DNA of 10,228 nt from assembly GCA_045105515.1 (NCBI GenBank), contig JBGCDR010000287.1, positions 1-10,228 of the forward strand. Reading direction: 5' to 3'. Below the pieces are notes generated by a model. It was given only the letters and a program-made list of their open reading frames with translations, made no database searches and was not told the origin of the DNA. The stretch is from Oligoflexales bacterium (lineage in GTDB: Bacteria; Bdellovibrionota_B; Oligoflexia; Oligoflexales; Bog-1112). Made by a program: the position numbers and the translations under genes. Numbering within the stretch: the stretch's first letter is position 1; each line of letters opens with the position of its first letter. Below, in pieces: positions 7,250 to 10,228 of this stretch.

Positions 7250-9103
7250 TTAGTTTTTAGGTTTACTTGGTTTAGCCGGGTCACCATAACCCATGGGAAC
7301 TCCGTCTGATCTGGTATCAGATACGCCGACCCAATTAGCTCCCTCACGGGCTATGGCTTGAACATCTCCGATGCTGCCTCGGTGCTCTTTGATAGCATGT
7401 CCGTAGCTTTCTAGCTCTGATTTAGTATCTTCCTCCATTCCACCTTTTTCGATACGAATTTCATCTGGAAGCCATTGGTGGTGAATTCTATAAGTATGGA
7501 CCGCATCAGCAAGGCTCATCTTATGATCAATCGTATTAAGGATAGTCTGTAAAGTAGCTGTGATGATTCTTGATCCCCCTGGGGAGCCAACAACTAATTT
7601 TAGATCATTATTTGGATCAAAAACGAGAGTGGGTGACATGGAAGATAACATCGTTTTTTTAGCAGCAACAGCATTTGCCTTACCTCCAATCAAACCGTAG
7701 GAATTTGGTTCTCCTGGTTTTATGGAAAAGTCATCCATTTCATTATTCAAGACTACTCCTGTGCCTGCGGCAACCACACATGAGCCGAAGGCATAATTAA
7801 TGGTCTGGGTAGTGCTAACTGCGTTGCCTTCAGAGTCTACAACCGAAATATGGGTAGTAGACGATGATTCATATGGAATGGGATTGCCTGCTGAAATCGA
7901 GCTTGAGGGGCTGGCTAATTTGGCCTGAATAGAAGATCTGAGCGTCTTGCCGTAGCTGGGTGAGGTTAGCCCTATTATTGGAATTTTAGAGAACTCGGGA
8001 TCACCAAGATAAGTTGCACGATCAGCATAGGCTCGGCGCATGGCTTCAGCTAACAAATGCAGGCGCTCTGGGGATTGCTGCCCTAGGGTAGGCAAAGGGT
8101 CCTGTGCAAGAATATTCAAAATTTGAATGATATGAATCCCGCCAGAGGAAGGAGGGGGCATTGAAACAATCTTATATCCACGATAGGAGCCTTCTACTGG
8201 CTGCCTTTGCTTTACTTCATAAGCCTCGAAGTCTTTCTTGGTAATGATTCCTCCATCACCAAATTCTTTAAGTAAGAGACTCCCAATTTCTCCTTCATAA
8301 AAACCTGCTTTGCCATTTTTTGCTATGGCTTTTAAAGTCTTAGCCAGGTCCATTTGTACTAGTATGTCGCCAATAGTCAGGGCTTTTCCCTTGGGAAGGA
8401 AGATCTCTCTACTTGCGGGAAAATTTTGCAGAACCTTTTGTCTGAACTTGATAGCAGATGCAAGCGAAGGGTAAACCTCAAAGCCGCGTTCAGCGATAGT
8501 GATCGCTGGTTGAATCACTTTGGCAAGGGGCAACTTGCCATGGGCTTTATGGGTTTCGACTAAACCTGCAACTAGACCAGGGACCCCAACGGACATATGG
8601 CCATTAACTGAGGATCGCGGAATCCTGACTCCTTTGTAAATATAGTCAAGTGGCTTTAAGGTCTTTTTATCGAGATACATGTCCCTGCTTGCCTTGAGGG
8701 GAGCACGTTCACGAAAGTCATAGACTTTGGTTTTTGACGATTTTTTGTCAAAATACAGCATAAATCCGCCTCCGCCTATCCCTGTAGACTGAGGTCTAAC
8801 AACTGAGATCACAAATGATGCAGCTGTTACTGCATCGATGGCATTTCCGCCAGCGGCTAACATTTTCAATCCCGCCTTGGAAGCCAGAGGATGTGCGGTT
8901 GCTATCATTCCTTTTTGAGCTTTCGAGACGAAACTATTCCTTGAGCGCTTCAGTTTGGTTTCGAAAATGTGCTGCTTGTTGGTGCTGGTACAGTCCAGTG
9001 CGCTAAAAAGTAGTAGCAATAATGAATAGGATGAACTGTGAAAAGGATTCTTGGTGCTCCTAAGTTGTTTTTGCATCATGCTTGTCTTAAAGGCTGCATT
9101 CAT
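7250..9103 (-). CDS. ggt: Gamma-glutamyltransferase (glutathione hydrolase proenzyme), exported
   Basis: Motifs GGNAIDA, GIGGGGF, YDFRERAP, VGVPG.VAG, SMPPPSSGG, AYADRA.YLGDP, the autocleavage site S-TTHISVVD, NNEMDDF, LSSMSPT, GSPGGSRI and HHQWLPD. Hydrophobic N-terminal segment and RBS GAGG. Confidence 0.97.
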   Translation of the reverse strand: MNAAFKTSMMQKQLRSTKNPFHSSSYSLLLLLFSALDCTSTNKQHIFETKLKRSRNSFVSKAQKGMIATAHPLASKAGLKMLAAGGNAIDAVTAASFVISVVRPQSTGIGGGGFMLYFDKKSSKTKVYDFRERAPLKASRDMYLDKKTLKPLDYIYKGVRIPRSSVNGHMSVGVPGLVAGLVETHKAHGKLPLAKVIQPAITIAERGFEVYPSLASAIKFRQKVLQNFPASREIFLPKGKALTIGDILVQMDLAKTLKAIAKNGKAGFYEGEIGSLLLKEFGDGGIITKKDFEAYEVKQRQPVEGSYRGYKIVSMPPPSSGGIHIIQILNILAQDPLPTLGQQSPERLHLLAEAMRRAYADRATYLGDPEFSKIPIIGLTSPSYGKTLRSSIQAKLASPSSSISAGNPIPYESSSTTHISVVDSEGNAVSTTQTINYAFGSCVVAAGTGVVLNNEMDDFSIKPGEPNSYGLIGGKANAVAAKKTMLSSMSPTLVFDPNNDLKLVVGSPGGSRIITATLQTILNTIDHKMSLADAVHTYRIHHQWLPDEIRIEKGGMEEDTKSELESYGHAIKEHRGSIGDVQAIAREGANWVGVSDTRSDGVPMGYGDPAKPSKPKN

Positions 9104-9312
9104 TTTTTATACCCTCACCTTGATGACTCAGCATTTATCTTGCTGGGCAGTGGGTCAATATTAGATGTAAGATACTGAACTTTATGGGAAAAATATTACC
9201 TTCTTACCTTTGTATAGTCAATGGTCTTTAGAAGACCAAAAAATCCTGTTCTTGTTGTTCACAAATAGTAGAAAAAAGGTTACAAACCTATACGTCCATT
9301 TCTGGACTATCT

Positions 9313-9402
9313 GGAGAGTTGGCTGAGTGGCTGAAGGCGCTCGCTTGGAAAGCGGGTAACTGGGTAACTGGTTCGAGGGTTCGAACCCCTCACTCTCCGC
9401 CA
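9313..9402 (+). tRNA. tRNA-Ser(GGA)
   Basis: Acceptor stem GGAGAGT/ACTCTCC, discriminator G and encoded CCA (9400-9402). Anticodon arm CTCGC-TTGGAAA-GCGGG with GGA at 9347-9349. Long variable arm AACTGG-GTAA-CTGGTT. T arm GAGGG-TTCGAAC-CCCTC. Confidence 0.98.
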
Positions 9403-9526
9403 CGCGTAAACGTCTTCGCGAGCGCAGCCGAGTGACCTCCGACAAGAATCTTGATTTCTCCCCTTAAATTCGTTTTTAAACAAAACAGTAACTTAACTAA
9501 CTTGGTTTCTTAAGTCTTCTGGCAAT

Positions 9527-9554
9527 ATCATCTGAAATCATCTGGGATCATCAG
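9527..9554 (+). repeat. Three direct repeats ATCATC(T/A)G with an exact 10-bp period
   Basis: ATCATCTG at 9527 and 9537; ATCATCAG at 9547. Confidence 0.85.
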
Positions 9555-9556
9555 GC

Positions 9557-9605
9557 TTGTCACTACTTCGTCACAATCCTCTGTCACAAGCATAAAGTTG
9601 TGACA
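9557..9605. repeat. GTCAC-core repeats, three direct and one inverted (candidate integrase arm-type sites)
   Basis: TTGTCACTAC (9557), TCGTCACAAT (9568) and CTGTCACAAG (9581). TTGTGACA (9598-9605) is the exact reverse complement of TGTCACAA (9582-9589). Confidence 0.8.
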
Positions 9606-9648
9606 AAATTTCATATTTATTAATAATTAAAAATGGTTATCAGGATAT

Positions 9649-10092
9649 TTAGTTATTTTTATCGTTGTGCTGATTGTTATTGATATGGATAGTAACTGGG
9701 CTTGCTGATTGTGCTGGTTGGGTAGCTCTGCTCTCTAGAGATTTGTTTAGTTTTTCCTTTTCCTTCAATCTTGATACTGCCACACCTTGTATTTCGCATC
9801 TTTTTACCCATGGCCCAAATACGGGTAATACGTACAAATAGGCCCAAGACCAATTTGTAACACATGTTGGAGTTTTATTCATATTTCCATCATCGTTTTT
9901 GTAAGATACATCAATCAGAGAGTCACCTCCCCGACTTTTGGACTCGTATTTGAGTTCGTTAATACTGTTCTTGCAGACTCTATCGCATGAGGTCCAAAAA
10001 AAGTCTCTAGTTGTAGTAGAAATAGTTCCTACTTCTTCATAGTCGACAGCTTGTGGTTTTGTTCCATAAACATCACCTACAGCTTTGTAATT
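9649..10092 (-). pseudogene. 3' part (147 residues) of a YbjQ-like protein gene, cut off from its 5' end by the IS30-like element
   Basis: The 77-aa ORF frame stays open upstream to the IS boundary with no ATG, GTG or TTG: NYKAVGDVYGTKPQAVDYEEVGTISTTTRDFFWTSCDRVCKNSINELKYESKSRGGDSLIDVSYKNDDGN-MNKTPTC...CEIQGVAV. The pattern YEEVG.I...ELK......GGD.LIDV...GVAV resembles the YbjQ-like fold. Confidence 0.7.
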
Positions 10093-10228
10093 GGCGGATT
10101 GCTAGATTAAGTGCAGAAGAAAAAATTCCATCGCTTCGGAAGGCGGATTTAGTTTAGTCTATGAGGCTAATCTGCTTGCAAGAAAGGGGTATTTATGTCT
10201 GCCAATCTCACTTATGAGCAAAGGTATG
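10093..10228 (+). mobile_element. Left end of a probable IS30-family insertion sequence (partial)
   Basis: GGCGGATTGCTAGATT-AAGTGCAG matches the IS30-family terminal repeat layout I recall (GGCGG-N11-AAGTGCA). It is followed by a purine-rich RBS and an ORF start resembling an IS30 transposase. Confidence 0.7.
10195..10228 (+). CDS. IS30-family transposase, N-terminal fragment running off the window
   Basis: RBS AGAAAGGGG at 10181-10189, then ATG. MSANLTYEQRY resembles the (H/Q)LT.EERY.I start of the IS30 N-terminal HTH. Only 11 codons are visible. Confidence 0.6.
   Translation, partial: MSANLTYEQRY

Noticed and set aside
2207..9103. hemE, ACAD, CAP and ggt as a single pathway or biosynthetic cluster
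   Set aside because: The genes have mixed orientations and unrelated, well-known functions, which looks like ordinary core-genome gene order.
9403..9440. GC-rich stretch after the tRNA (CGCG…CGCG, GCGCAGC mini-hairpin) as a terminator or ncRNA
   Set aside because: The stems are too short and there is no U-tract; no structure can be supported.
9218..9445. 75-aa minus-strand ORF (…VAESEGFEPS…)
   Set aside because: It is the antisense translation of tRNA-Ser, a common spurious ORF.
9527..9605. Repeat cluster as a CRISPR array or plasmid iterons
   Set aside because: The units are only 8-10 bp, with no unique spacers of CRISPR length and no cas or rep gene nearby.
1172..9865. Short alternative-frame or antisense ORFs: 1172-1528, 1225-1416, 1665-1898, 2747-2953, 2946-3170, 3864-4139, 4250-4483, 5052-5366, 5126-5521, 6015-6200, 6968-7153, 8815-9006, 9677-9865
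   Set aside because: All overlap better-supported genes and show no recognisable motifs; treated as shadow ORFs.
10102..10105. CTAG as an IS630-type target site marking the IS boundary
   Set aside because: That boundary would leave an in-frame TAG in the original host gene. A boundary at 10093 fits the IS30 repeat layout and leaves the host frame open.

Overview
A bacterial chromosomal segment of mostly housekeeping and envelope genes, apparently bounded at both ends by insertion-sequence ends that each cut a host gene. Gene content loosely suggests a Bdellovibrionota/Oligoflexia-like or other former deltaproteobacterial lineage; this is inference only. From left to right: (1) the A-corrupted right end of a probable ISNCY-type IS (1-288), truncating a DUF4105/Lnb-like gene; (2) a divergently transcribed DUF3015-like secreted protein gene; (3) hemE; (4) two unknown helical proteins in tandem; (5) an acyl-CoA dehydrogenase; (6) a secreted CAP-domain protein; (7) ggt; (8) tRNA-Ser(GGA); (9) an ordered repeat cluster resembling a tyrosine-integrase att arm; (10) the start-less 3' part of a YbjQ-like gene; (11) the left end and first codons of a probable IS30-family element. 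The ORF track misses both IS ends, the tRNA and about half of the last gene. I see no complete novel multi-gene system. The best leads are the att-like array, the two IS disruptions, the one-directional N-to-A corruption at the left end and the unknown gene pair. Family assignments come from remembered motifs, not database searches.
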